From Mobula birostris (lineage: Eukaryota), in assembly GCF_030028105.1 (NCBI RefSeq), contig NC_092390.1, forward strand, positions 10,354,001 to 10,418,000: 64,000 nucleotides of DNA, in the 5' to 3' direction. The notes beneath the pieces are model-generated. The model searched no databases. It saw nothing but the letters and a program-made list of their open reading frames with translations, and was not told where the DNA came from. Numbering within the stretch: the stretch's first letter is position 1; each line of letters starts with the position of its first letter. Positions 25,851 through 38,189 of the stretch are shown one piece after another. The translations under genes and the position numbers were made by a program.

Positions 25851-26254
25851 TTTAATCTAATGATGTAGCTATGAATGGGTCCAACACACAATATTCTCTT
25901 TTTCAGAACTTCACTATTTGAATGTTATTCCAACAGGTCTGATTTTAAGGGTACATGTTTATTTTCCCCTTTAAAATAATCTTTTTTTTCCTTGACCTAG
26001 CTAATCCTACATTATTTTTTCAACATAGTATCCACCTCGTCTGCTCTCCTCCAAGCTTAATGGCATCTTTCCTGTAGCAGGATGACCAAAACTGAACAGA
26101 ATATTCCTAACGTTTGCATTTATGTAGTGGTCAGGGTGTCCAAAACAATTTGCAAGCAGTTTTGAGGTACCATAAAGTCAAATGGTTAAAGTCAAAGTTG
26201 AGTTTATTGTCACGTGCATGAGGGCAAGCAGAGGTGTAATGACATACATCATCA

Positions 26255-27660
26255 ATAGCTCAAAGTTCAAAATTAAATTTATTCTCAGAATACATACATG
26301 TCACCACAAACAACCCGGAGATTTGTCTTCTGCGGGCATACTTAGCAAATCTGTAGAATAGTAATTCTAAACTCTAAACGTCAGGAACTGTTAACTGTAA
26401 ACAAACTGTGCAAATATAGATATAAATAAATAGCAATAAATAACAAACATGAAATAGCAATACAGGTATAGCAGAATCCTTAAATGAGTGTCGTTATCCC
26501 CTTTTGTTCAAGAGCCTGATGGTTGAGGGGTAGTAACTGTTCTTGAACCTGCTGGTGCGAATCCTGAGGCTCCTGTACCTTCTACCTGTTGGCAGCAGCA
26601 AGGAAAGAGCGTGGCCTGGGTGGTGAGGATCTTTGGATGCTGTTTTTCTACGGCAATGTTTCATGTAGATGTGCTCAATGGTTGGGAGGGTTTTACCTGT
26701 GATGTACTGGGCTGGATCCACCATCTTTTTCACTTATTGGTGTTTCCATACCAGGCCATAATGCAGCCAGTCAGTACACTTTCCACCGCACATCTATAGA
26801 AGTTTGCCAAGGTTTCAATGACATACCGACCCTCTGCAGACTCCTGAGGAAGTAGAGGCGCTGTCGTGCTTTCTTCACAATAATATTTATATGCTGGGTC
26901 CAGGACAGGTCAACTGAGATAGTGACAGCCAGGAATTTAAAATTACTGACTCACTGCACCTCTGATCCACCAAAGATTACTGGCTCATGGACCTCTGGTT
27001 TCCCTCTCCTGAAGTCTACAATCAGTTCCTTGGTCTTATTGACATTGAGTGAAGTGTTGCTGTTATTCCACCACTCAGCCAAGTTTTCAATCTCCCTCCT
27101 GTAAACTGATTCATCACCCCCTTTGATACAGACCACAACAGTGGTGTCGTCAGCAAACTCGCATATGGTGTTGGAGCTGTGCTCAGCCACACAGTCATCG
27201 GTGTAAAGTGAGCAAAGCAGAGGCTAAGTACACATCCCTGCAGTGCTTTTGTGCTGATGGAGATTGTGGAGGAGATGTTTTTGCCAATCTGAACTGACTG
27301 GGGTCCACAAGTGAGGCAATCCAGCATGCAATTGGAAAAGGCAGTATTGAGGACTAGGTCTTGGAGTTTATTGTTTAGTTTTGAGAGGATGATGGTGTTA
27401 AATGCTGGGCTGTACTTATAAAGAGCATCCTGATGTATGCATCTTTCCCATCCAGATATTCCAGGGTTGTGTGAAGAGCCAACGAGATAGCATCTACTAT
27501 ACACCAGTTGATCTGGTAGGTGAACTGGAGTGGATCCAAGCCACCATTCAGACAGGAGCCGATATGCTTCAACACCAGCCTCTCAAAACACTTCATCACT
27601 GTGGATATAAGTGCCACTGGGTGATAGTCATTTAGACAGGTTACCACGCTCTTCTTGAGT
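26255..27660 (-). mobile_element. Rex1/Babar LINE RT fragment
   Basis: [57 protein letters not shown] motifs. Confidence 0.92.
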
Positions 27661-27870
27661 TCATAGAATTATACAAGCAGTATTTGTTAGAAAAAGATGT
27701 TAACCATAATGAGAAAGAACTCAATTAGAAGAAAATAATGTCTATTTTAGTGCAAAGTGGTCATTGTTTTGTTAAGCTATAGTGATTAGGGTTCTTTACC
27801 TGCTGACTCAAGAACTGAGTGGTTGAAGAGAAGTCACTGTCCTTGAACCTGGTGGTTTAGCTCTATCAAA

Positions 27871-28073
27871 NNNNNNNNNNNNNNNNNNNNNNNNNNNNNN
27901 NNNNNNNNNNNNNNNNNNNNNNNNNNNNNNNNNNNNNNNNNNNNNNNNNNNNNNNNNNNNNNNNNNNNNNNNNNNNNNNNNNNNNNNNNNNNNNNNNNNN
28001 NNNNNNNNNNNNNNNNNNNNNNNNNNNNNNNNNNNNNNNNNNNNNNNNNNNNNNNNNNNNNNNNNNNNNNNNN
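27871..28073. other. Assembly gap
   Basis: Run of N. Confidence 1.
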
Positions 28074-28712
28074 TGCCGAGCACCTGCACTCTGTAAGCCA
28101 GAAGAAGCAGGATCTCTCAGTGGCCACCCATTTTAATTCCACTTCCCATTCCCATTCCGATATGTCAATCCATGGCCTCATCTACTCTCGCGATGAGGCC
28201 ACGGTCAAGTTGGAGGAACAACACCTTGTACTCCGTCTGGGTAGCCAACCTGATGGCATGAACGTCGATTTCTTGAGCTTCCAGTAATATTCCCCCAACC
28301 CACCCCACTTCACCATTCCCCATTCCCTTTTCCCTCTCTCACCTTATCTCCTTTCCCACCCATTGCCTCCATTCGGTGCTCCTCCCCCTCCTTTTCTTTC
28401 TTCCATGGCCTTCTGTCCTCTCCTATCGGACTCCCCCTTCTCCAGCCCTGAATCTCTTCCACCAATCAACGTCCCAGCTCTTTACTTCACCCCTCCCCTC
28501 CTGGCTTCACCTATCACCTTGTTTTTCTCCCTCCCCCCCCCACCTTTTAAATCTACCCCTCATCTTTTTTTCTCCAGTCCTGCTGAAGGGGCTCAGCCCA
28601 AAAACATCAACTGTACTCTTTTCCATAGATGCTGCCTGGCCTGCTGAGTCCCTCCAGCATTTTGTATGTGCTGCTTGGATTGCTAGTATCTGCAGATTTT
28701 CTCTTGTTTGTG
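28074..28712 (+). mobile_element. Penelope-like element 3' end (GIY-YIG C-terminus, UTR, degenerate hammerhead, terminus)
   Basis: AEHLHSV..DLSVATHFNSTSHSHSDMSIHGL..KLEEQHLVLRLGS; cagtcCTGCTGAaggggctcagcccaaaaacatc at about 28575-28608. Confidence 0.88.
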
Positions 28713-28826
28713 GTCCCACTCACACAGTTTGGAATGATGAAGGATACTGGAGTATCCATGGCCCCACTGCTGCCCATAAGGAGTTTGCAAGTCCTCAGCA
28801 TGACAGAGTGGGTTTTCTCTGGGTGC

Positions 28827-28960
28827 AAACAACAGGAATTCTGCAGATGCTGGAAATTCAAGCAACACACATCAAAGCTGCTGGTGAACGCAGTAGGCCA
28901 GGCAGCATCTCTAGGAAGAGGTGCAGTCGATGTTTCAGGCTGAGACCCTTTGTCAGGACA
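28827..28960 (-). mobile_element. Penelope-terminus mini-element inserted into a V-SINE (about 28770-29060)
   Basis: Perfect 8 bp direct repeat ctgggtgc at 28819-28826 and 28961-28968; minus strand gtcCTGACAAagggtctcagcctGAAACATCgac. Confidence 0.85.
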
Positions 28961-30272
28961 CTGGGTGCTCCAGTTTCCCACAGTCCAAAGATATATCAGT
29001 TGGTAGATGAATTGGTCATTGTAAATTGTCCCGTGATTAGCCTAGGATTAGATCAGTGGTTGCTGGGCTGCACAGCTCGAAGCAGTATGTATCTCAGGAA
29101 TACGGAAGAGTACTTGGACCACACAGTCAGTAGTGGAGGTCGGATAGTTAAAGTGCCACTGCTACTTTCTCACCCCTACCTCTAAAGAAATTCCTTCTCA
29201 TTCTACAGACAAACTTGTTTAAAGACAGACGGGAACTTCTGCATTAGGTCTCTCTCCAAAGAACACCATCCTTGACCACACATCACTTGTTGCCTGTGTT
29301 CAGGAGAATGAACTTTGTTAAAGTGTGTGAGATCTCCAGTGGGACTTGGACCCACCCTCAATCTGTACAGAGACTCTGAAGGAATGACCTTCCCTGCTGT
29401 AGTTTATAATACTTGTCTCCTCAATGGCTTATATACGCTGATGTCGGTATAGGCACAGTTTTGCTTCTGTATGCAATACCTCCCAGTGTCCAACCACCCA
29501 GGGAAACAAAGACTGATCACTGTTGTTTAGAGGTACTATAAAAATATTTTTCCATGATCGGAGTTTGTTTGACAGGACCCTTAAACTATGTTTTATTCCT
29601 CCTTCCACTAGTTGTACAGATACAGTAAATATTGATATATGTTTTATTTGGAAGCTTATACGATAGTGTACTACAATAAAAGCTCGGGATAAAGCACCAG
29701 GAGTATTTGACATCCAATAACCGTCTGCAGTTGATTGGGGAAAAATACTTGGACAGCATCTGTGGACAGAAACAGCTAGGGCTTCAAGTTGCTGACATTT
29801 CATCAGTTCTGGTGGCTTTGGATATGTTTAATTTTGGGTTTCCTGCTGTGAATGTATAATTCCAGTTGTCTCTTCAGAATCTGAATAAGGTTTATTATCA
29901 ATTGGCATATGTTGTGCGGCAGCAGTACGGTGCAATAAATTACAATGAGAATTATAATACATATATTTTTTAAAAATAAATAAATAAGTTGTTTAAAAAG
30001 TGAGCAAAAATAGTGAGGCAGTATTCATGGGCTCATTTTCTGTTCAGAAATCTGACGACGAAGTGGAAGAAACTGTCTTTAAATCAGTGAGTGTGGATCT
30101 CCAGTCTCCTGTATCTGCTCCCTGATGGCAGCAATGAGAAGAGGGCATGTCCTAGATAGGGAGAGTCAGTAATGATTATGCTGCCTTTTTGAGGTATCGC
30201 CTTTGTAAGATGTCCTTGATGCCCATCTAAATTAGCTCCACTTGTCTGTGTTTGGCACATAGCTCTCTAAAC

Positions 30273-30331
30273 CAGGGTTTACCAACCTGGACTAATAACA
30301 GTAAGCAAGGGGGCCAGCTTGGGAACCCCTG
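30273..30331. mobile_element. 59 bp hAT-type MITE
   Basis: TIRs cagggtttaccaa / ttgggaacccctg; 8 bp TSD ctctaaac / ctctgaac. Confidence 0.75.
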
Positions 30332-30944
30332 CTCTGAACTTTGACCATCTATAGAAAAAATTAGCAGCATAGACAGTTAAATACAAATCGCCTTATGCGA
30401 TATGATTGGCCGTTCACCCGAGCACTGAACCTTGGAAGCATAAGCCAGAGGAAATAACCGCGTCTATCACTAAGCACCCCCACCACACAAGAAGTACCAC
30501 CTTTTCTGAGGCATCTCCTCTTGAAGATGTCCTCGATGAGTTAGTGTCCATGGTGCAGCTGGTTGAGTTTACAATCCTCTGCAGCTTTTTTCTGAAAACA
30601 GGGGGGAGTTCTTCTCCTCTCTATTTTTTTAAATGACTCCTTTGTGCATACGTTTGTTTAGTGGATTTATTGGTAGCAAACTTTGCACAGTGTGAAATTG
30701 GCTCAGCAAAGAGGAATCCACCCCATGAGACAAGCTGGGCGGGAGCTGTTCGTTCCACACCACAACAAACAGTGGCTCCAGCAACTGAGGCATGGTAATT
30801 ACTGGTAAACAAATAAACAGATTAACAACCTGATACCTCACTCTAATTTATCTCCTGGGGTTTGGGAACAGGATCTGAAATATCTGGGTTGTGTCAGGTC
30901 ACCCTTTCAAAGCAGTAAGATGTCTACTTGTGTGAAGGAAGTGA

Positions 30945-33900
30945 GGGGTTATGCACTTTGGTAGGAAGAATAAAAGTGTAGCTTATGTGGAGAGAATTCA
31001 GAAATCAGAGGTGCAAAAGGTGCCAGGGAGTCCTAGTTCAGGATTCTCTCAAGGTTAAATTGCAGGCTGAGACGGAAGTGAAAACATAAGACCCATAAGA
31101 CATAGGAGCAGAATTGGGCCATTCATTCCATTGAGTTTTCTCTGCCATTTCTCCCCTCAACCCCATCCTCCTGATTTCTCTGTTACCTTTGACACACTTA
31201 CTAATCAAGATCAACCGTGGGAATGAGTTTAAGAGCCAAGAGGTAATGTTACACCTAGGAGCAGATAGGGAGACAGATTCCGGAAAGGTGTAATAATAAC
31301 AGGGTTGTTGTGGTGGGAGATTTTAATTTCCCAAATATTGATTGGCCTTCTCCCTAGAGTGAGGAGTTTAGATGGGGTGGATTTTGTTAGGTGTGTTCAG
31401 GAAGGTTTCTTGACACAATATGTAGATAAGCCTACAAGAGGAGAGGCTGTACTTGATCTGGTATTGGGAAATCAACCTGGTCAGGTGTCAGGTCTCTCAG
31501 TGGGAGAGCATTTTGGAGATAGTGATCACAATTCTAACTCCTTTACCATAGCATTGGAGAGGGATAGGAAGAGACAAGTTACGGAAACATTTAATTGGAG
31601 TAAGGGGAACTATGAGGCCATTAGACAGGAACTTGGAAGTACAAATTGGAAACAGATGTTCTCAAGGGAAACATACCGAAGAAATGTGGCAAATGTTCAG
31701 GGGATATTTGCGTGGGTTTCTGAGTTGGTACGTTACAATGAGACATGGAAAGGATGGTAGGGTACAGGATCCGCAGAGTACAAAGGCTGTTGTAAATCTA
31801 GTCAAGAAGAAAAGAAGAGCTTACGAAAGGTTCAAAAAACTAGGTAATGATATGAATCTAGAAGATTATAAGGCTGGCAGGAAGGAGTTTAAAAATGAAA
31901 TTAGGAGAGCCAGAAGGGGCCATGAGAAGGCCTTGGCGGACAGAATTAAGGAAAACCCCAAGGCATTCTACAAGTATGTGAAGAGCAAGAGGATAAGACA
32001 TGAGAGAATAGGACCAATCAAGTGTGACAATGGAAAAGTGTGTATGGAACCAGAGGAAATAGCGGAGGTGCTTAATGAATACTTTGCTTCAGTATTCACT
32101 ATAGAAAAGGATCTTGGCGATTGTAGGGATGACTTGCAGTGGACTGAAAATCTTGAGAATGTAGCTATTAAGAAAGAGGACGTGCTGAAGCTTTTGGAAA
32201 GCATCAAGTTGGATAAGTCACCGGGACTGGATGGGATGTACCCCAGGCTACTATGGGAAGCAAGGGAGGAGATTGCTGAGCGTCTAGCAATGATCTTTGC
32301 ATCATCAATAAGGACGGGAGAGGTTCCGGAGGATTGGAGGGTTGCGGATGTTGTTCCTTTATTCAAGAAAGGGAGTAGGGATAGCCTAGGAAATTATAGG
32401 TCAGTGAGTCTTACTTCAGTGGTTAGTAAGTTGATAGAGAAGATCCTGAGAGGCAGGATTTATGAACATTTGGAGAGGCATAATATGATTAGGAATACTC
32501 AGCATGGATTTGTCAAAGGCAGGTCATGCCTTACGAGCCTGATTGAATTTTTTGAGGATGAAATAGAGCTGTAGATGTAGCGTATATGGATTTTAGCAAG
32601 GCATTTGATAAGGTACCCCATGCAAGGCTTATTGAGAAAGTAAGGAGGCATGGGATCCAAGGGGACATTGCTTGTGGATCCCGAACTGGCTTGCCCACAG
32701 AGGCAAAGAGTGGCTGTAGATGGGTCATATTCTGCAAGGAGGCCGGTGACCAGTGGTGTGCCTCAGGAATCTGTTCTGGAACCCCTACTCTTTATGATTT
32801 TTATAAATGATCTGGATGAGGAAGTGGAGGGATGGGTTAGTAAATTTGCTGATGATACAAAGGTTGAGTGTGTTGTGGATAGTGTGCAAGGCTGTCAGAG
32901 GTTACAATGGGACATTGATAGGATGCAAAACTGGGCTGAGAAGTGGCAGATGGAGTTCAACCCAGATAAGTGTGAGGTGGTTCATTTTGGTAGGTCAAGT
33001 ATGATGGCAGAATATGGTATTAATGGTAAGACTCTTGGCAGTGTGGAGGATCAGAGGGATCTTGGGATCCGAGTCCATAGGACACTCAAAGCTGCTACGC
33101 AGGTTGACTCTGTGGTTAAGAAGGCATATGGTGCATTGGCCTTCATCAACTGTGGGATTGAGTTTAAGAGCCTAGGGGTAATGTTGCAGCTATATAGGAC
33201 CCTGGTCAGACCCCACTTGGAGTACTGTGCTCAGTTCTGGTCGCCTCACTATAGGAAGGATGTGGAAACCATAGAAAGGGTGCAGAGGAGATTTACAAGG
33301 ATGTTGCCTGGATTGGGGAGCATGCCTTATGAGAATAGGTTGAGTGAGTGAACTTGGTCTTTTCTCCTTGGAGCGACGGAAGATGAGAGGTGACCTGATA
33401 GAGATGTGCAAGATGATGAGAGGCATTGACCGTGTGGATAGTCAGATATTCAGCTCCGATAGGGTCTTTTAAGAGACTCCTGGATAGGTACATGGAGCTT
33501 CGAAAAATAGAGGGCTATAGGTAACCCTAGGTAATTTCTAAAATAAGTATATGTTCAACACAGCATCGTGGGCCGAAGGGCCTGTATTGTGCTGTAGGTT
33601 TTCTATGTATCGTAGTAAATACCAATGCAATCTTGGTATTCATTTTGAGAGGAATAGAATATAAAAGTAAGGATGTAAGATGAGGCTTCATTGGATGTTG
33701 CTCAGATCACATTTGGCATATTGTGGGAAATTTTGGGCCCCGTATCTAAGAAAGGATCTTTTGGTTCTGGAGGTGGTCCAGAGGAGGTTCACAAGAATGA
33801 TCTCAGTAATAAAAGACTTGACATATATGGAACATTTGATGTCTCCATGCATGTACCCAATGGATTTCAGAAGGATGAGGAGGGATCTCATTGAAACCTA

Positions 33901-34235
33901 ATGATACAAAGGACTGGGCAGAGTGCAAGTGCAGAGCATGTTTCTATTAGTAAGAGAGGAACTGAGGATCTGAGAGCACAGCCTCAGAATAAAGGGACAC
34001 CACTTTAAAACTGAGAAGAGGAGGAATTTCTTAATCCAGAAGGTGATGAATTTGTGGAATTCGTTGCCACAGACGGCTGTGGAGGACAAGACACAGGGTG
34101 TATTTAAGGCAGAGATTGATAGGTTTTTGATTGGTAAATTTTACATGGAAAGGGATTGAAAAAAGTCAGCCATGATTAAACAGCAGGAAGACTTGATGGC
34201 CTGAATGGCCCAGTTTTGTTTCTACATATCTTATG
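30945..34235 (+). mobile_element. Older CR1 fragment (30945-31085, continuing 33615-34235) split by younger insertions
   Basis: VMHFGRKN...LGVL..DSLKV-like segment continues as ILRGIEYKSKDV...HLAYCGKFWAPYLRKD after the inserts. Confidence 0.75.
31258..33610 (+). mobile_element. CR1 LINE, 5'-truncated ORF2 (endonuclease end + RT), frameshifted
   Basis: LDLVLGN..HFGDSDHN (APE end), KSPGLDGMYPRLL, NYRSVSLTS, QHGF, DFSKAFDKVPH, SGVPQESVL, FADDTK; ctatgtatc tail. Confidence 0.96.
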
Positions 34236-34447
34236 ATTATTCAAGGTGATGCAATTGAATGTCAGAAAAAAATGTACAATAAAATACAAAATTTTATTGT
34301 ATACGTTTTATCTTAGTTACATAAATTTGGTAAGTGTTTAATTAAGCAGGTATCACTTCCTATAACTGCATTAATTAAAACTCGGTGTCTTTTAGAGCAG
34401 CCGAAGGAATTCATAAATATACAGGTACATCATTGGAAATAAGCAAG

Positions 34448-34545
34448 TAGATAGATAGATAAATAAATAAACAAAGAGACAAACAGATAGATAAATAAAT
34501 CAATCAATAAATAAACAAATAGATAAATAAACAGGTAGACAGATG
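34448..34545. repeat. Degenerate (TAGA/TAAA/CAAA)n simple repeat
   Basis: Directly visible. Confidence 0.85.
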
Positions 34546-34714
34546 AAAAAAATTAAATATTGTCACAATAAAGAAGCCATTTTGATTTTTTAGCTCGCAG
34601 AGAAATCCCATCAGTCCTATTCTCCCACTATCTCCCTGTAAAATATTCCTTTCCACAAGTCCTGTCCACCAACCACCAACATTGGAGGTAATTCATTAAT
34701 TTAATTAACTTATT

Positions 34715-34950
34715 TAGTGATACAGCAGGGTAACAGGTCCTTCTGGACCAATGAGCCTGCGCTACCTAATTAGACCCGTGTGACCAATTAACCTACTGAC
34801 CTGTATGTCTTAGGAATGTGGAAGGAAACTGGAGCACCTGGAGGTAGTAAGCCCGTAATCACAGGGAGAACGTACAAACTCCTCACAGACAGCGATGGGA
34901 ACTGAACCCAGATCATTGGCTTTGTAGTAGCAATACTCTACCCTGCCACA
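34715..34950 (-). mobile_element. tRNA-derived V-SINE (HE1-like); related copies at about 51290-51575, 58560-58775, 62735-62975
   Basis: Minus strand has a B-box-like gggttcagttcc, ggagtttgtacgttctccc and the V-domain gtgctccagtttccttccaca. Confidence 0.75.
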
Positions 34951-35639
34951 CTAGTGGATGGAGCAAAAAAAAAATCAAACTACTGCAAGATCTCAGCAGG
35001 TTAAGCAGCATCAGTGCAGGGAAGTTCACAGTTGACATTTCAGGTTGAGACCCTTGGTTTGGGTGGTGGCATGGTTTTGGGTTGTAGCAGGAGAGTAGGG
35101 TACCGTAGGAAGCCCAGTCACCGGGACAGTGTGCAAGTCCACTCAAGCAGCACCTGAGGTCGTGATTCAGCGTGACTCCCTCAAACTGTGGATGTGCAGT
35201 GATAACCACAGTACCAGCGTAATGTGACCTACTAGGACTGTGCAATGTGATCATCATCATCATCATTACGTGTTGTATCATAGGACATGGGTGATCCTCA
35301 TCCCATGACCATCACAGTTCTTGGCAGATTTTTCTACAGAAGTGGTTTGCCACTGCCTTCTTCTGGGCAGTGTCTTTACAGGACGGGTGACCCCAGCCAT
35401 TGTCAATACTCTTCACAGATTGTCTGCCTGGCGTCAGTGGTCGCATAACCAGGACTCGGGATGTGCACCAGCTATATGTACAACCATCCACCACCTCCTT
35501 TGGTAGCAACGTGACTCCACCCCGCCATCAGGAATGATACTTAAAAATGAAATATCATATTGTACACCATTCAGTAGTGAAAATATTAACAATTATGTTG
35601 AATTGAAGTTTAAAAGGTCATCTTGTCTTGAGTTTAACA

Positions 35640-35745
35640 TACAGGTCCTGATTAAGGGTCTCAGCCCACAATGTTGACTGCTTATTCCCCTCTGTAGATA
35701 CTGCCTAACCTGCTGAGTTCATCCGGCGTTTTGTGTGTGCTGCTG
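35640..35745 (+). mobile_element. Penelope terminus with degenerate hammerhead core
   Basis: gtcCTGATTAagggtctcagcccacaatgttgac...ctgctgagttcatccggcgttttgtgtgtg. Confidence 0.7.
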
Positions 35746-36139
35746 GTCTTAGGTATAACTGTATTCTGAAACCTGGACGATTTTGATAAATTAGTAAATT
35801 GGCTTATTATTGTCGCATGTACCAAAGTTGTAAAGAATTTATCTTGCACATTGTTCATACAGATCAATTCATTATGGAGTACGTTGATTCAGTACAAAGG
35901 AAAACAGTAACAGAATGCAGAATTAAGTGTTGCAGTGACAGAGACAGTGCAGTGCAGGTAAACAATAAGGTGCAATGTTATAATAAGACCATAAGACATA
36001 GGAGCAGAGTTAGGCCATTTGGCCCATTGAATCTGCTTAGCTATTCCATCATGGCTGATTCACCTCCCCTTTCAACCTCATTTTCCTGCCTTCTCCCCAA
36101 AACCTTTGACACCCTTACTAATGAAGAACCCATCAGCCC

Positions 36140-37048
36140 ATGGCAAATGAGGTAAATTGTGAGATCAAGAGTCCAGATTATTATATGAGGGAACCATTTA
36201 ATAGTCTTATAACAGCAGGACGGAAGCTGTCCTTGAGTCTGGTGGTACATGCTTTCAGGCTTCTGTATCTTCTACCCTATGAGAGGGGGAGAAGGGAAAA
36301 TGCCCAGGGTGTGAGGGGTCTTTGGTTATGCTACAGCTTTACTGAGGCAGCAGGAAGTGGGGGACAGAGACTATAGAGAGGAGGCTGCTGTTCATGATGT
36401 GCTAAGCGGTGCCCACAGTTGCTCTGCACATGATCGCAATTTTTCTGCAGTGACGGGCAGAGCAGTCACCAAGCTGTGATGCATCTGGATAGGACGTCTT
36501 CAACGGTGCAACGATAAAATCAGTGAGGGCAAGGGAGACATGCCAAATTTCTTGAGCCTTCTGTGGATGTAAGGGCGTTGTTGAGTTTTCTTTGGCCATG
36601 ACATCAACACGGTTGGACCGGGGCGGGCTATTGGAGATGTTCACTCCCAGGAATTTGAGGCTCTCAATCGTCCCAACCTCAACACTGCTGATCTGGACAG
36701 GAGCATGTGCACCCCTCTCCTCCCTGAAGTCAGTGACCAGCTCTTTCCTTTTGTTGACATGGAGAGAAAGGTCATTGTCATGACACCACGTCACCAGGCT
36801 ATCCACTTCCGGCAACTCATCGTCTCTGAGAGACGGCCCACTATGGTGGGATCATCAGCAAACTTGTAAACAGAGTTGGAGAAGAAGCTGGCCACCCAAT
36901 CATGGGTGTAGAAGGAGTAAAGTAAGGGGTGGAGGACACAGCCTTGAGGGGCATCCATGTTGAGGATGATCATGGCAGAGGTGTAGCTGCCTACTTTTAC
37001 CTTTAGCAGTCTGTTCGCCAGGAAGTCGAGGATCCAGCTGCAAAGCTT
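36140..37048 (-). mobile_element. Rex1/Babar LINE RT fragment
   Basis: LCSWILDFLANR, APQGCVLHPLLYSFYTHD, KFADDPTIVG, KFLGVNI. Confidence 0.88.
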
Positions 37049-37562
37049 TGGTCTTAGGCACATAAATATGGCTAGGATGCCTAAGACATTTGTACAATAC
37101 TTTAGTAATTTTATGTATTGCACTGTACTGCTGACACAAAAAAAACAAATTTCATGACATGTGCGAGTGATGATAAACCTGATTCTGATATGGGTCTCTG
37201 TTGTGGACTGAGAGCATGAAGGGGCAAGGAGAGGGGAATCATGGATGGCAAAAGGGTAAAGGAGAGGGGAGGGAGCAGGAAGCATCAGAGAGACACCAAT
37301 AATCCAATTGTTTTAAGTCAAATGACCTTGCCTGCTGTCTCACGGCTGGGTGTGTCTGCACCCATGCCAACACCACTGCCCTTGGCACTCCTTCTCTGCC
37401 ACCTGTCTCCCACCCCTCTGGTGGCACTCCACTCTCACCATTCCCATTATACTACACTCCTAACAGACCTACAAATTTGCTCTTGCTCCACGTTGACAAA
37501 TACAGTACTATGCAAAAGTCTTAGGCACCCTAACTATATATATGTGCCTAAGACTTTTGTAT
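37049..37562. mobile_element. Pair of tiny Tc1-like hairpin MITEs (37049-37105 and 37501-37562) in inverted orientation
   Basis: TAcagtactatgcaaaagtcttaggcac...gtgcctaagacttttg; the left copy is its reverse complement. Confidence 0.7.
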
Positions 37563-37877
37563 TTAAGATCTGTCATAAATATGTATTGGGATGAGCTAAT
37601 CTTTGACTGAAAAATATGCACATATTTGAAGGAAAAAAAATTAATGATTCTGTTTTGATGCAAGGTGTAAATAAAGGATCGAATTGCTTTTATATGTTTA
37701 AAGTTCGAGATTCATGATTGTGTAATGTAATTTCTGTGCACAAGTGTAAGGACAGTGAAATTATTGTAGCTCTGGATCCAATACAGCACAAAAAAGAACT
37801 CCACAAAAGATAAAGGACACAATAATAATACTAAATAAAACACACAATAAATATAAATACATAAGATAGCTTATATA

Positions 37878-38165
37878 AAGCAACACACACAAAATGCCGG
37901 AGGAACGGGTCAGACAGCATCTACGGAAATGAAAAAACAGTCGACATTTTGGGCTGAGTCTCTCATTCAGGACTGGAAAGGAAGTGGGGAAGATGCCAGA
38001 ATAAAAAGGTGGGGGGGGGGAGGTGAAGAATGATAGCTAGAAGATGATAGGTGAAGTCAGATGGGTGGGAAAGGTAAAGGACTGGAGATGAAGGAATCTG
38101 ATAGGAGAGGAGAGTGGACCATAGGAGAAAGGGAAGGAGGAGGGACACCAGGGGGAGGTGATATA
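37878..38165 (-). mobile_element. Penelope 3' UTR/terminus fragment
   Basis: Homologous to 19020-19260 and 53850-54230. Confidence 0.8.
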
Positions 38166-38189
38166 ATCTAAAGATAAAAGATTAGAGGA

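Noticed and set aside
28376-29185. 269 aa ORF
   Set aside because: Chance read-through across a Penelope UTR, mini-elements and a SINE.
31305-33351. Long RT ORFs as an active element or host gene
   Set aside because: 5'-truncated, frameshifted and internally deleted CR1 ORF2.
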